A DNA stretch of 64,000 nucleotides from an uncultured Chloroflexia bacterium (GTDB lineage: Bacteria; Chloroflexota; Limnocylindria; Limnocylindrales; CSP1-4): assembly GCA_963752475.1 (NCBI GenBank), contig CAVVYR010000006.1:256001-320000 (forward strand), written 5' to 3'. The first letter of the stretch is position 1. Every line of letters begins with the position of its first letter. Positions 45,418 through 55,166 of the stretch are shown piece after piece. The position numbers and the translations under genes are program-made. The notes below the pieces were generated by a model. The model made no database searches. It was not told the DNA's origin and saw only the letters and a list, made by a program, of their open reading frames with translations.

Positions 45418-45459
45418 TGGTCGGTCTGCGTGTGGTGCCGCATCCGCCGTCGGGTCGCG

Positions 45460-45760
45460 CATGGCGTGGTGTAGCCGTCAGGGTTCGTGGCGCATCCCCT
45501 CTGTCCCTCGCTCGTGGTCAGTCGTCGTTCCAGGCGACGCTAGCGCCTGCTCCGGCCGATTCCCATGGACAGCCGACGCTAGAGTCGACGGTAGGCCGAC
45601 GACGCTGGGCGGATACGCCCTTCGATGCCCCGCCCGGCCGGCCGGCTATGCCCAGTCACCCTCGGGATCCGTGGCCGACGACCACGGGACGCCCTCGGCG
45701 GTGACTACGAGCAGGACATGGGTCGGTGAGGGCGACAGGTGTCCGCAAGAGCGACGCCTG
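45460..45760 (-). repeat. Dispersed REPIN/MITE-like element, copy C (boundaries approximate)
   Basis: Minus strand: CTTGCGGACA (45749), CTCGTAGTCA (45711), TGGGCATAGCCGGC (45654), GGCCTACCGTCGACTC (45597), TGACCACGAGCG (45520). Confidence 0.75.
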
Positions 45761-45819
45761 ATGGCTGGATCCCTGGTGTCTGGCCGCTCGAGGTTGCGGC
45801 GGGGCCCGTCTGCCGCCCG

Positions 45820-47121
45820 TCAGCGGGCCGCGATGGCCTCGACGGCGTGGGCCAGGACGTCGAGGCCACTGGCCATCGTGGCCTCGTCGATGACGAGGGG
45901 CGGGGAAAGGCGAACGGACTTGTGGCCGCAGCCGAGCACCAGCAGCCCGCGGGTGAAGGCCTCGTACTCCAACGCTTCGGCCTGCTCTGGCGTGGCCAGC
46001 TCCAGCGCCAGCATGAGGCCGATGCCACGGGTGTCGACGACGACGTCGGGGTGCTCTGCGGCGATGCCTCGCAGCGCCGCGAGGCCTTGCTCGCCACGGG
46101 CCACGGCATTGTCCATGATCCCGTCCCGCAGCAACTCGATGGTGGTGATGGCGGCGGCGCAAGCGACGGGGTTGCCGCCGTACGTCGAGCCGTGCGCACC
46201 CTTGCTCCAGGACTCGAGGATGTCGGCCCGCGCGACCATGGCCGCGAGCGGCATGCCTGAGGCGATGCCCTTGGCGCTGAGCAGGATGTCCGGCTCTACG
46301 CCGAAGTGCTCGATGGCCCACATCTTGCCCGTACGGCCGGCGCCCGATTGGATCTCGTCGGCGATGAGCAGGATGCCGTGGCGGTCGCAGAGCTCGCGCA
46401 GGCCGGTGATGAAGCCGGCCTCGGGCACGATGTAGCCACCTTCGCCCTGCACGGGCTCGACGATGACGGCCGCGACCTCTTCGGCAGGCACGATCTTGTC
46501 GAAGAGGACCTCGTCGAACCAGGCCAGGTCAGCCTTGTGGCCGTAGGGCGCGTGGTGGATGCCGTTGACCAGCGGCGCGAGTCCGGCGTGGTATTGAGCC
46601 TTCGAAGCCGTCAGCGTGACCGCGCCCATGGTGCGCCCGTGGAAGCCGCCCAGGAAGGAGACCACGGCGTGGCGTCCGGTGTGCACCCGAGCCAGCTTGA
46701 GCGAGGCCTCCACGACCTCGGCACCGCTGTTGCCCAGATAGACGCGCACCGCGCCGCCGATGGGGGCGGTCTTCGCGATGGCCTCGCACATCTGCGCGTA
46801 GATCGGCGGGTAGAAATCCGAGGCGCTGTAGTGGACCAGCTCATCGGCCTGGTCCTTGATGGCGCCGATCACGGCAGGGTGGGAGTGACCGGTGGAGTTG
46901 ACCGCGATGCCGGCACAGAAGTCCACGAAGATGTTGCCGTCGATGTCCTCGACCTCGGCGCCGCGACCGCGGACCGGGACGAAGGGGTACGCGCGCGGCA
47001 GGCTCGGTGACGAAAGGCTGTGGTCGAACTCCACGTGGGCCCGGGCCTTGGGTCCGGGCACCTCTGTCCTGAGGCGCGGCGCGACCTCTCCGGTGATGTC
47101 AGCGAGCTTGGCCTGCGTCAA
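45820..47121 (-). CDS. Class III PLP aminotransferase (4-aminobutyrate/acetylornithine family)
   Basis: NSGAE, FHGRT, EPVQGEGG, DEIQSG.GRTG, SAKG and HGSTYGGNP. Confidence 0.92.
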   Translation of the reverse strand: MTQAKLADITGEVAPRLRTEVPGPKARAHVEFDHSLSSPSLPRAYPFVPVRGRGAEVEDIDGNIFVDFCAGIAVNSTGHSHPAVIGAIKDQADELVHYSASDFYPPIYAQMCEAIAKTAPIGGAVRVYLGNSGAEVVEASLKLARVHTGRHAVVSFLGGFHGRTMGAVTLTASKAQYHAGLAPLVNGIHHAPYGHKADLAWFDEVLFDKIVPAEEVAAVIVEPVQGEGGYIVPEAGFITGLRELCDRHGILLIADEIQSGAGRTGKMWAIEHFGVEPDILLSAKGIASGMPLAAMVARADILESWSKGAHGSTYGGNPVACAAAITTIELLRDGIMDNAVARGEQGLAALRGIAAEHPDVVVDTRGIGLMLALELATPEQAEALEYEAFTRGLLVLGCGHKSVRLSPPLVIDEATMASGLDVLAHAVEAIAAR

Positions 47122-47289
47122 TGGTCTCCCTCCAGCGATGGGTCATCCCTCTGAATGCGTTCTATGCATGATGGATAGCGAGTATAGGGCCGCTCTCGGG
47201 GCGCGGGAGGCCGCCTGAGCGATGTCCTCATGAGCGGATGGCGGCGCGATGTGCGGATGGCGGCGCGCTCCCTCGTGCCGCGGGCGCTG

Positions 47290-48864
47290 TCAGTCGACGA
47301 TGGTGTGGGACTGCTCGCGCACGAAGAGGCCCACGTAGTAGGGACCCAGCGCGGACTTGCCGGTGGAGCCCGAGCCCTTCCAGCCGCCGAACGGCTGCAC
47401 GCCCGGCCAAGCCCCGGTCGTGGCGCCGGCTCGGCGGTTGACGTAGAGCACACCCGTGTGGATCTCGTTCAGGAACTGGTCGACCTCCGCCTCGACCTCG
47501 CTGTAGATGCCTGCGGTAAGGCCGTAGACCACGCCGTTCGACAGCTCCAGGGCTTCGTCGAGCGAGTCGACCGGTGCGACCGCGGTGAAGGGCACGAAGA
47601 GCTCGTCGCGGAAGAGCCGGTGGTCCTTGGGCAGGTTGCCCACGACCGTCGGCTCCACGTAGAAGCCACGGGCCATGTCGCCGTCGGTCGGGTTCTCGCC
47701 GCCGGTGAAGACGGTGCCTTCGGCGCGTGCCTCGGCCACGGCCTCGTTGAAGCGATCGACCGCCCGCTGGTCGGTCACCGGGCCCAGGAAGGTGTCGCGC
47801 TCGAGTGGGTCGCCCAGCGTCAGCGCCTCCGTCTTCTCGACCAGCTTCTGCACCAGCTCATCGTGGACCTCGCGCTCGACGTAGACGCGGCTATTGGCCG
47901 AGCACTTCTGGCCGCCGAAGCCGAAGGCCGCGCGCATGATGCCCTCGGCGGCCTTGTCGAGGTCCGCGCTCTTCATCACGATGGCCGGGTTCTTGCCGCC
48001 CATCTCCACGATGCAGGGCCGTGGGTAGGCCTTGGTGAAGCTGCGATGGAGGCCCATGCCGACCTCGTACGAGCCGGTGAAGACGATGCCGTCGAGGTGC
48101 AGGCTGTTGGCCAGCTCGTCACCGACCGATTCGCCGGGGCCCATGACCATGTTGCACACGCCGTCGGGGATGCCCGCGTCGCGCAGGGCCTCCATCAGCA
48201 CCACGCCGCTCATGGCGCCGGTGCTGGCGGGCTTGAAGACGACGGTGTTGCCAGCCACGAGCGCACCACCGACCGGGCCGGCGGCGAGCGCCAGCGGGAA
48301 GTTGAAGGGCGCGATGACGCCGAACACGCCGTACGGCCGCGAGACCGAGCGGGTATGCGTGGCCGGATCACCGAGGTTGTCCATGGGCTTCTCGTAGAAG
48401 CCGTTCTCCTCCGCCATCCTGGCGTAGTAGCGGATGAGGTCGGCCGACTCCTCGACCTCGCCCAGCGCCTCCAGGCGGGTCTTGCCGACCTCGATGGCCA
48501 TGAGTGCGGCGTACTCGTGCACCCGCTCGCTGATGAGGTCGGCGGTCCGGTTCATGAGCTCGACGCGCTTCTCCCAGCCGAGCGCGCCCCAGGCCTGTTG
48601 CGCGGCGCGGGCCGCGGCGATGGCGTCCTGCACGTCCTGCCTGGTGCCCTTGGCGAAGCGGCCGACGAGGATGTCCCCGTCGATGGGGGAGCGCAGCTCG
48701 AACTCACCCTCGCCGGCGCGCTCCTGTCCGTCGATGATGTTGGGGTGTCCGGCGCCGAGCCGGCCACGAGCGGCCACGACGGCTGCCTCGAAGGCCGCGT
48801 GCAGCTCCTCGTTGTCCGCGCGGAGGGTGGCGTAGGTGATCTTGGTGCGCGGTGCGTCGGTCAT
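47290..48864 (-). CDS. Aldehyde dehydrogenase (P5C-dehydrogenase-like)
   Basis: PFNFP, FTGS, EMGGKN, GQKCSA and QPFGGWK.SG. Confidence 0.92.
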   Translation of the reverse strand: MTDAPRTKITYATLRADNEELHAAFEAAVVAARGRLGAGHPNIIDGQERAGEGEFELRSPIDGDILVGRFAKGTRQDVQDAIAAARAAQQAWGALGWEKRVELMNRTADLISERVHEYAALMAIEVGKTRLEALGEVEESADLIRYYARMAEENGFYEKPMDNLGDPATHTRSVSRPYGVFGVIAPFNFPLALAAGPVGGALVAGNTVVFKPASTGAMSGVVLMEALRDAGIPDGVCNMVMGPGESVGDELANSLHLDGIVFTGSYEVGMGLHRSFTKAYPRPCIVEMGGKNPAIVMKSADLDKAAEGIMRAAFGFGGQKCSANSRVYVEREVHDELVQKLVEKTEALTLGDPLERDTFLGPVTDQRAVDRFNEAVAEARAEGTVFTGGENPTDGDMARGFYVEPTVVGNLPKDHRLFRDELFVPFTAVAPVDSLDEALELSNGVVYGLTAGIYSEVEAEVDQFLNEIHTGVLYVNRRAGATTGAWPGVQPFGGWKGSGSTGKSALGPYYVGLFVREQSHTIVD

Positions 48865-49022
48865 GATCCTTGGTCTTCCTCGTGGCGTCGCCTTCTCAGC
48901 ATCGATCCGGGCGCGTGGGGGCCGCGTCGATAGGCCGAGTCTACTCTCGCTCCGGCCCTCTGAATCAAGACGGCCGCCCCGTCACCGGAGCGGCCGCGTG
49001 GCGTCCTGAAGGAGGAGTCGTC

Positions 49023-49388
49023 CTAGGCGGTCTCGGCCTGCTCCGCGTTGCGCGCCTGCACGGTCCGGAAGCAGTCCGAGCAGTAGACCGGCTTGTCCAT
49101 CCGCGGCTTGAAGGGCACCTGCGCAGCGTTGCCGCACTCGGAGCAGATGACCGCGAAGTATTCGCGCGCGGCGCGGTACTCACCGCGCTCGTAGCCGCGC
49201 GGGCCGCCGATGTCGCGGGATTCGTAGCCGCTCGACTCGCGCATCGAGCGCCGGGCTGCCCGGCAGCTGGGGCAACGCTTGGGATCGGACACGAACCCCT
49301 TCTCCGCGTAGAACTCCTGGTCGGCAGCGGAGTGGATGAACTCCACGCTGCAGTCGACACATGTGAGGGATCGATCCGTGTACGACAC
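49023..49388 (-). CDS. Zinc-ribbon / CxxC-x17-CxxC domain protein
   Basis: CVDC...QEFYAEKGF...PKRCPSCR and CSECG...VPFKP...PVYCSDC; RBS AGGAGG. Confidence 0.9.
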   Translation of the reverse strand: MSYTDRSLTCVDCSVEFIHSAADQEFYAEKGFVSDPKRCPSCRAARRSMRESSGYESRDIGGPRGYERGEYRAAREYFAVICSECGNAAQVPFKPRMDKPVYCSDCFRTVQARNAEQAETA

Positions 49389-49775
49389 CTTGGCTGACCT
49401 CCTGGGGCGCGATAGCTTGCATCTTCGGTCCGGCCGACCCCTGCCGGGCAGGCTGAAACAGGAGGGCGTAGGCGTCTGGAGTGCCGGGCGCCGTATGTCC
49501 CAGTTCTGTCCCGAGGTCCCGTTCTGGTGGGGCGCACCGGAATGCTCGAGGGAGGTTACACCGACGCCACGGAACCGGCAACGGCACCCGATTCCGCGCT
49601 CACCCGCTTGCCAGGCCATGGTGCGCGCGCTCCCGCCCGCCGTCGGTACCGAGGGTCCCATGAACGGATCAGGCAGCGTCGGCAGCAGGGTCGGGTGGCA
49701 CAATGGAGCGGTCGTCAGCACGTCGCCCTGCTTGCCGCGAAGCGACGAGAGGGAAAGGGGATCCCCAGCCAGCCC

Positions 49776-50954
49776 ATGCCGTCACTGCTCCATCTTGCGG
49801 ATGTCCATCTCGGTGCGCGTCACGCGGACATGGGCGCGGCTGCGACGGCCCAGCGTGAGCGGCAGGCCGCCGCCTTCGCCCGAGCCATCGATGAGGGCCT
49901 GGAGGCCGGCGTCGACCTGGCCCTCATCTGTGGCGACCTCTTCGACTCCAACGCCCAGCCGCGACGCTCGGTGGAAGCGGCCGCAGCCGAGCTGCGTCGC
50001 CTGACCGACCGCGGGGTGCGCGTGGTCATCATCCCCGGCACCCACGACGTCTACGACAAGCGCTCGATCTATCGTGCCTTCGACCTGCCGGCGATGGCCG
50101 GCCTGGCGCCCGGCAGCGAACGGCTCACGGTGCTCACGCCCGAGCGGCCCGAGCTCCTGCTGCGGGACCTCGACCTCATCATCCATGGCCGAGTCTTCGC
50201 CACCAAGCGTGCCCCACGCAGCCCGCTGGCCGGCTTCGACGTGCGGGCCGACGATCGCGCCCGTTGGAAGGTCGGCATGATCCACGGATCGCGCACCATC
50301 CCTGGCCGGGTCGAGTCCGACGACGTCATCTTCACCGACGATGAGGTCGCCGCGTCCGGTCTCGACTACCTCGCCCTCGGACATTGGCACAGCCACTCAC
50401 GCGGACGGGCGGGTGCGACCACCTGGGCCTACGCCGGGGCGCCGGAGCCCGTCGCGGTGGACCAGGATGGCGCCGGCTCGGTCTGCCTGGTCCGGCTCGA
50501 GGACGGCCCGGGCGACAGCAAGCAGGTGCGTGTCGAAACGGTGCGCGTGGGGCGCACGGTCTTCCGCGCCGAATCGGTCGATGCGGCCGACCTCGAGAGC
50601 CAGGTCGCGCTCGTCGACCAGCTGCAGGTGCTGGCCGACCCCGACCTCGTGCTGGTCGCCAGCGTCGATGGCATCGCACCGGAGTCGCTCGAGCTCGACA
50701 CCGATGAGGTCGAACGGGCGCTCGCAGACGCGTTCCTGCACATCCGGGTGCGCGATCGCTCTGCAGCCGAGCTGGCCCAGGCGCCCGAACTGCCACACGA
50801 CACCGTGGCCGGTGCCTTCGCTGTCGCCCTGCGGGCTCGGATCGCGGAGGCTGAAGCCAGCGGTGACGCCGAGGCCGCGGAGCAGGCACGACGGATCCTG
50901 CGCCTCGGACGCCGGCTGCTGCTCGACGACCCGGACCTGGTGACGCTGCCGTAG
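49776..50954 (+). CDS. Mre11/SbcD-like DNA repair nuclease (YhaO-like)
   Basis: LADVHLG, GDLFD, PGTHD, IHG and DYLALGHWH phosphoesterase motifs. Confidence 0.9.
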   Translation: MPSLLHLADVHLGARHADMGAAATAQRERQAAAFARAIDEGLEAGVDLALICGDLFDSNAQPRRSVEAAAAELRRLTDRGVRVVIIPGTHDVYDKRSIYRAFDLPAMAGLAPGSERLTVLTPERPELLLRDLDLIIHGRVFATKRAPRSPLAGFDVRADDRARWKVGMIHGSRTIPGRVESDDVIFTDDEVAASGLDYLALGHWHSHSRGRAGATTWAYAGAPEPVAVDQDGAGSVCLVRLEDGPGDSKQVRVETVRVGRTVFRAESVDAADLESQVALVDQLQVLADPDLVLVASVDGIAPESLELDTDEVERALADAFLHIRVRDRSAAELAQAPELPHDTVAGAFAVALRARIAEAEASGDAEAAEQARRILRLGRRLLLDDPDLVTLP

Positions 50955-50956
50955 CC

Positions 50957-53438
50957 ATGCGCATCATCCGCCTTCGCCTCACCGACTTCAAGACCCACCG
51001 GGAGCTGGAGATCCAGCCCGCGGCGGGCCTGACCATCATCCGCGGCCCCAACGAGGCCGGGAAGTCGACGATCCAGAAGGCCATCGAGCTGGCCCTCTTC
51101 CGCAAGGCCGACTCGAACCGCGAGGATGTACGCCGTGCGCACGCCTGGGGCGCGAGCGACCCTCCCTCGGTCGAGCTCGACTTCGAGGTCGATGGCGTGA
51201 CCGGCAGCCTGCGCAAGCGTTTCGGCGGCTCTCGCTCGGAGGGTGAGCTCACGATCGGCGGGCAGACCATCCGCGACTACTCCTCCATCGGGGACGAGCT
51301 GGCTCGACTGACGGGCGTGCCCACGGAGAGGCTTCTTCCGGGCCACAGCCAGCGTCGGTCACGCCGAGCTCGATGCGGTCAGCGGTGACGAGCCGGCCAT
51401 CGGCGACCGGCTGCAGAAGGCGATCAGCGGTGCCGACCACGGCACGGCCAAGGCCAAGAAGAAACTCGAGACCGCGGTCCGTCGCTATCGCAGCGAGGGC
51501 CACAAGAACCCGGGGCTGCTCAAGGCCGCGCGTACCGAGATCGCCGACCTGGAGCGCGAGTTGGCCCAGGGAGAGGGCGAGCTCAGCCGACTCCAGTCCG
51601 ACCGAGGTCAGTGGGTCGAGGCCGATGAGCGCCGCCACGAGCTCGACCGCAAGCTTGCCCGCTTGCAGGCTGACCTGACCGAGGCGCAGCGTGCCGAGGC
51701 TCTGGCCCAGAAGCGCGATTCGGCCCGTGAGCGTCACGCGCGGCTGAAGCGTGCCGCCGAGCTGACCGCGGACCAGGACGAGCTACAGCGAGAGCTGCCC
51801 GCGAACCTGCCGCTGGCCCGACTTCGCACCGCGGTAGGTCACGCCCAGAGCCTGGAGTTCGAGCTCTCGGAACTGCAGGCGGAGATCGATACCGCGGCCG
51901 AGGCGGACGCCATCGGGGATCCTGACCTGGTGCCCCCGCGGCCGATGCGCTGGCTCGGTGCTGCCGCGGCGCTCGTGCTCATCGGTTGGCTGGGGATGTA
52001 CCTGTTGCGCGACAGCGGCCTGCTCGGCATCGGCGTCGTGGCCGTCCTCGCCGTGGGCGTGCTCCTGACCCTGCTCCAGGCCTTCCGACAGGCACGCAAG
52101 CGACGCATATACGGCCTGGCGATGCAGCTCGCGCAAGGTGAGGTCGAGACGCGACGAGAGCATCTGCGGGCACGTCAGGAAGATCATCGGCGCAAGCGTC
52201 GTGAGCTGGAGACCACGCTCGAAGCCATCGGGGTCCGCGACATCCGCGAGGCCGAGACGACCCTGGCCACGACCCAGGAGCACACCGAGCAGCTGGCCCA
52301 GATCGATGGTGAGCTACGAGGGCTGGGCGTCGAAGAGCGGAGCCTCAGGCGCCTCGAAGATGCCCGCGATGATGCCGCCGACGAGTCGGAGCGTGCGGAC
52401 CATGCGCTCGCCACCATGGGCAGCCTGGCTGAGGATCCCGAACGCAAGCGCGCGGAGCTCGAGCGCGAGATCGCGCGTGCGGCCCCGGCCCGTGACGCGG
52501 CCCGCTCGGAGGCCGATCAGGCCCAGGGGCGGGCCGATGCCAACCAGGTCGACGCCGAGCTCGTGGCCAGCCTCGCAGAGCGACTGGCCGCGGCGCGAGA
52601 TCGCTACGCCGAGTTCGAGCGACGGGTGCAGGTCTACGAAGGCACGCTCGCGGCCATCGATGCCGCCGAGGCGACCACGCTGAAGACCGCTGCCCGCTAT
52701 CTCGAGGAGCGTATGGGCCCCACCATCTCGGGCATCACCGATGGACGCTACGACGACATCGAGGTCGACGAGAAGAGCCTGGCCTTCAGGGTGCGGGCGC
52801 CCGAGACGGGCGAGCTCGTCGATGTCGACCGACTGTCCCAGGGCACGGCCGATCAGCTCTTCCTGGCCGCCCGCCTGGGCCTCGTACGCCTGGTGACCCT
52901 GGACCGACGCCCACCGCTGATCCTCGACGATCCCTTCGTGACCTTCGATGCAGGCCGCAGCGAGCGGGCCTTGCGACTGATCAGGCAGATGGCACACGAC
53001 CACGACTTCCAGGTGCTGTACCTCACCTGCTCGGACCGCTTCGACGCCGTCGCCGACGAGCTGGTCGTGCTGGACCGCCCGTCGGACGAGCGCGTGCTGG
53101 CTCACCAGCGACCGACCGACAGCGAAACCGCGAGCCAGCGACCGTCCGAGGCACCCCAGCCGACGCTGCGCTTCGAGCCCGACCCTCGGCCGAACCCCGA
53201 TCCGGTAGCGCCGCGACGCGTGGAGCCTGCCGAGGACGAGACGGTGCCGCTGTTCGCCGACGCTGCCGGGGGCGGCGAGGTCACCTCGCGCCTGGCCGGC
53301 CTGCGGGCGTCCAGGGCCGCGGCCGACCAAGACGAGGGTCCAGACCCCATCGACTCGCTGCGACGAAGCGTCCAGGATGCGGGGGAGGCCGACCCCTTCA
53401 GCCTCGGCGATGGTGAGCACGATGAGGATCGCGCCTGA
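50957..53438 (+). CDS. Rad50/SbcC-like ATPase (YhaN-like); frameshift near 51329
   Basis: Walker A GPNEAGKST, coiled coils, signature LSQGT and Walker B LILDDPF; protein-like reading continues in the +1 frame from 51330 (GFFRATASVGHAELD). Confidence 0.85.
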
Positions 53439-54337
53439 ACCTGCTGACCCCGCTCCTGGCCCTGGCCGCCGCCGCCTCATGGGGTGTGGGCGATTTCTCC
53501 GGTGGCATCGCGACCCGCCTCTCGAACAACTTCGTGGCCGTCTTCCTGGCCCAGGGCGTGGGGCTGGTCGTGGCGGCCATCCTGCTGCTGCTCTCGGACG
53601 AGTCCGCCCCGCCCACCGAGGCGCTGCTGTGGGGCGCTGCCGCGGGCGTCTCGGGTGCCTTCGGGCTGGGCTCGTTCTACCTCGCGCTGAGTCGCGGCAC
53701 GATGGGGTTGGTGGCCCCGGCCGCGGCCTTGCTGGCGGCGGCCTGGCCGGCGGCCTTCGCCCTGCTGACCGGCGACGGCGTGGGCACGTTGGCGCTCATC
53801 GGCATGGGCGTCGCGCTCGTCTCGATCGTGCTCATCTCGTGGCCCGACAAGCGGCTGGGCACGCCGGTGATGCCCACGTACCACGGCTCTCGCCGCAGTG
53901 AGTGGCTGCTGATCCTCGGAGCCGCCCTCGGCTTCGGTGGCTTCTTCCTCTTGATCGACGCCTCCCACGACGCTGGTGGCGCGGTCTGGTGGCCGCTGCT
54001 CATGGTCAAGATCGGCGGCGTGGCCGCGGTCGTGGCCGCGGTCATCGTGCTGGCTCCGCTGGGCCGGTTCCCCGGGATCAAGCTCGGGGCGGCGGCCCTG
54101 CTCGTCGGGTCGATCGCCGGCATCGGCGACCTCGGCGGCAATCTCTTCTTCGTGCTCGCGAGCGCTGAGGGCGAGCTGGCCGTGGTCATCGTGCTGACCT
54201 CGCTCTACCCGGTGGTCACGGCCATCCTGGCGCGGATCTTCCTGCGCGAGCGGCTGAGCCCCGTGCGCCTCGCGGGCGTGGCCCTGGCCATCTCCGGCGT
54301 GGTCCTCATCGGCCTGCCCGCCGATCTGCTCAGCTGA
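53435..54337 (+). CDS. EamA/DMT family transporter
   Basis: About 10 TM segments; SWGVGDF.GG and SLYPVVT..LA..FLRERL; in-frame hydrophobic extension back to CTG at 53435. Confidence 0.87.
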   Translation: MNLLTPLLALAAAASWGVGDFSGGIATRLSNNFVAVFLAQGVGLVVAAILLLLSDESAPPTEALLWGAAAGVSGAFGLGSFYLALSRGTMGLVAPAAALLAAAWPAAFALLTGDGVGTLALIGMGVALVSIVLISWPDKRLGTPVMPTYHGSRRSEWLLILGAALGFGGFFLLIDASHDAGGAVWWPLLMVKIGGVAAVVAAVIVLAPLGRFPGIKLGAAALLVGSIAGIGDLGGNLFFVLASAEGELAVVIVLTSLYPVVTAILARIFLRERLSPVRLAGVALAISGVVLIGLPADLLS

Positions 54338-55166
54338 ACCAGCCTGCACCCGAGGGCCAGCGCATCAGGCGCACGGCGATGAGCACACCGAGTGCGGCGA
54401 CGACGAGGATGGTGGCCGCGGCGATGGCGGCGTCGACACCCTCCTGGAACTCGCTGTAGACGAGCAGCGGCAGCGTCTGCGTGCGGCCCTCGATGTTGCC
54501 GGCGAAGAGGATGGTGGCACCGAACTCACCCAGCGCTCGTGCCCACGCCAGCACCAGCCCGGCGCCGATGGCCGGCCCGGCCAGCGGCAGCGTGATGCGT
54601 CCGAGCACGGCGTTCTCCGAGGCGCCATCGACGCGCGCGGCTTCCTCGACTTCCGGCGTCACCGAGCGGAAGCCGGCTCTCGCGGCTCGGATGTAGAACG
54701 GGCTGGCCACGAAGACCTGGGCCACGATGACCGCCAGGGTGGTGAAGGGCAGGGTCAGCCCGACGACCTCGAGGGCGCCGCCGGCGACCCCGTTGCGCCC
54801 GAAGGCGAAGAGCAGCGCGAGGCCGGCTACCGAAGGAGGCAGCACGATGGGCAGGTCGACCAGCGCCTCGGCCAGGGCCTTGCCACGGAAGCTGGTCCGA
54901 GCCAGCACGAAAGCCAGGGGCGTGCCCAGGATGATGACGAGGGTCAGGCTGACCGCGGTGCTTGAGAGGCTCAATAGCAGGGCGTCGAGGACGGCCCGGC
55001 CCGCGAGCGCATCCATGACCGCGCCGGAGCCGAGGGCGCGCAGCAGCAGGGCCACGACCGGCAGAGCCAGGAAGGCCAGCGCGATCGCCGCCAGCAGCAT
55101 CACCCACCAGCTGGGGCGGTGCGACCAGGCGCGCGGGGTGGTGGGCGAGACCGTGGGACCACTCAC
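54330..55166 (-). CDS. modB: Molybdate ABC transporter permease
   Basis: DLPIVLPPSVAG, EEAARVDGA and ARALGEFGAT. Confidence 0.93.
   Translation of the reverse strand: MSGPTVSPTTPRAWSHRPSWWVMLLAAIALAFLALPVVALLLRALGSGAVMDALAGRAVLDALLLSLSSTAVSLTLVIILGTPLAFVLARTSFRGKALAEALVDLPIVLPPSVAGLALLFAFGRNGVAGGALEVVGLTLPFTTLAVIVAQVFVASPFYIRAARAGFRSVTPEVEEAARVDGASENAVLGRITLPLAGPAIGAGLVLAWARALGEFGATILFAGNIEGRTQTLPLLVYSEFQEGVDAAIAAATILVVAALGVLIAVRLMRWPSGAGWFS

Noticed and set aside
43421-46435. Long alternative-frame ORFs (for example 1004 aa at 43421, 742 aa at 28408, 738 aa at 60520)
   Set aside because: Antisense shadows of real genes, expected in high-GC DNA; no recognisable motifs.
49776-53438. Known anti-phage system (Wadjet, Lamassu, Gabija)
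   Set aside because: The partner is an Mre11-type phosphoesterase, accessory genes are absent, and the context is housekeeping.
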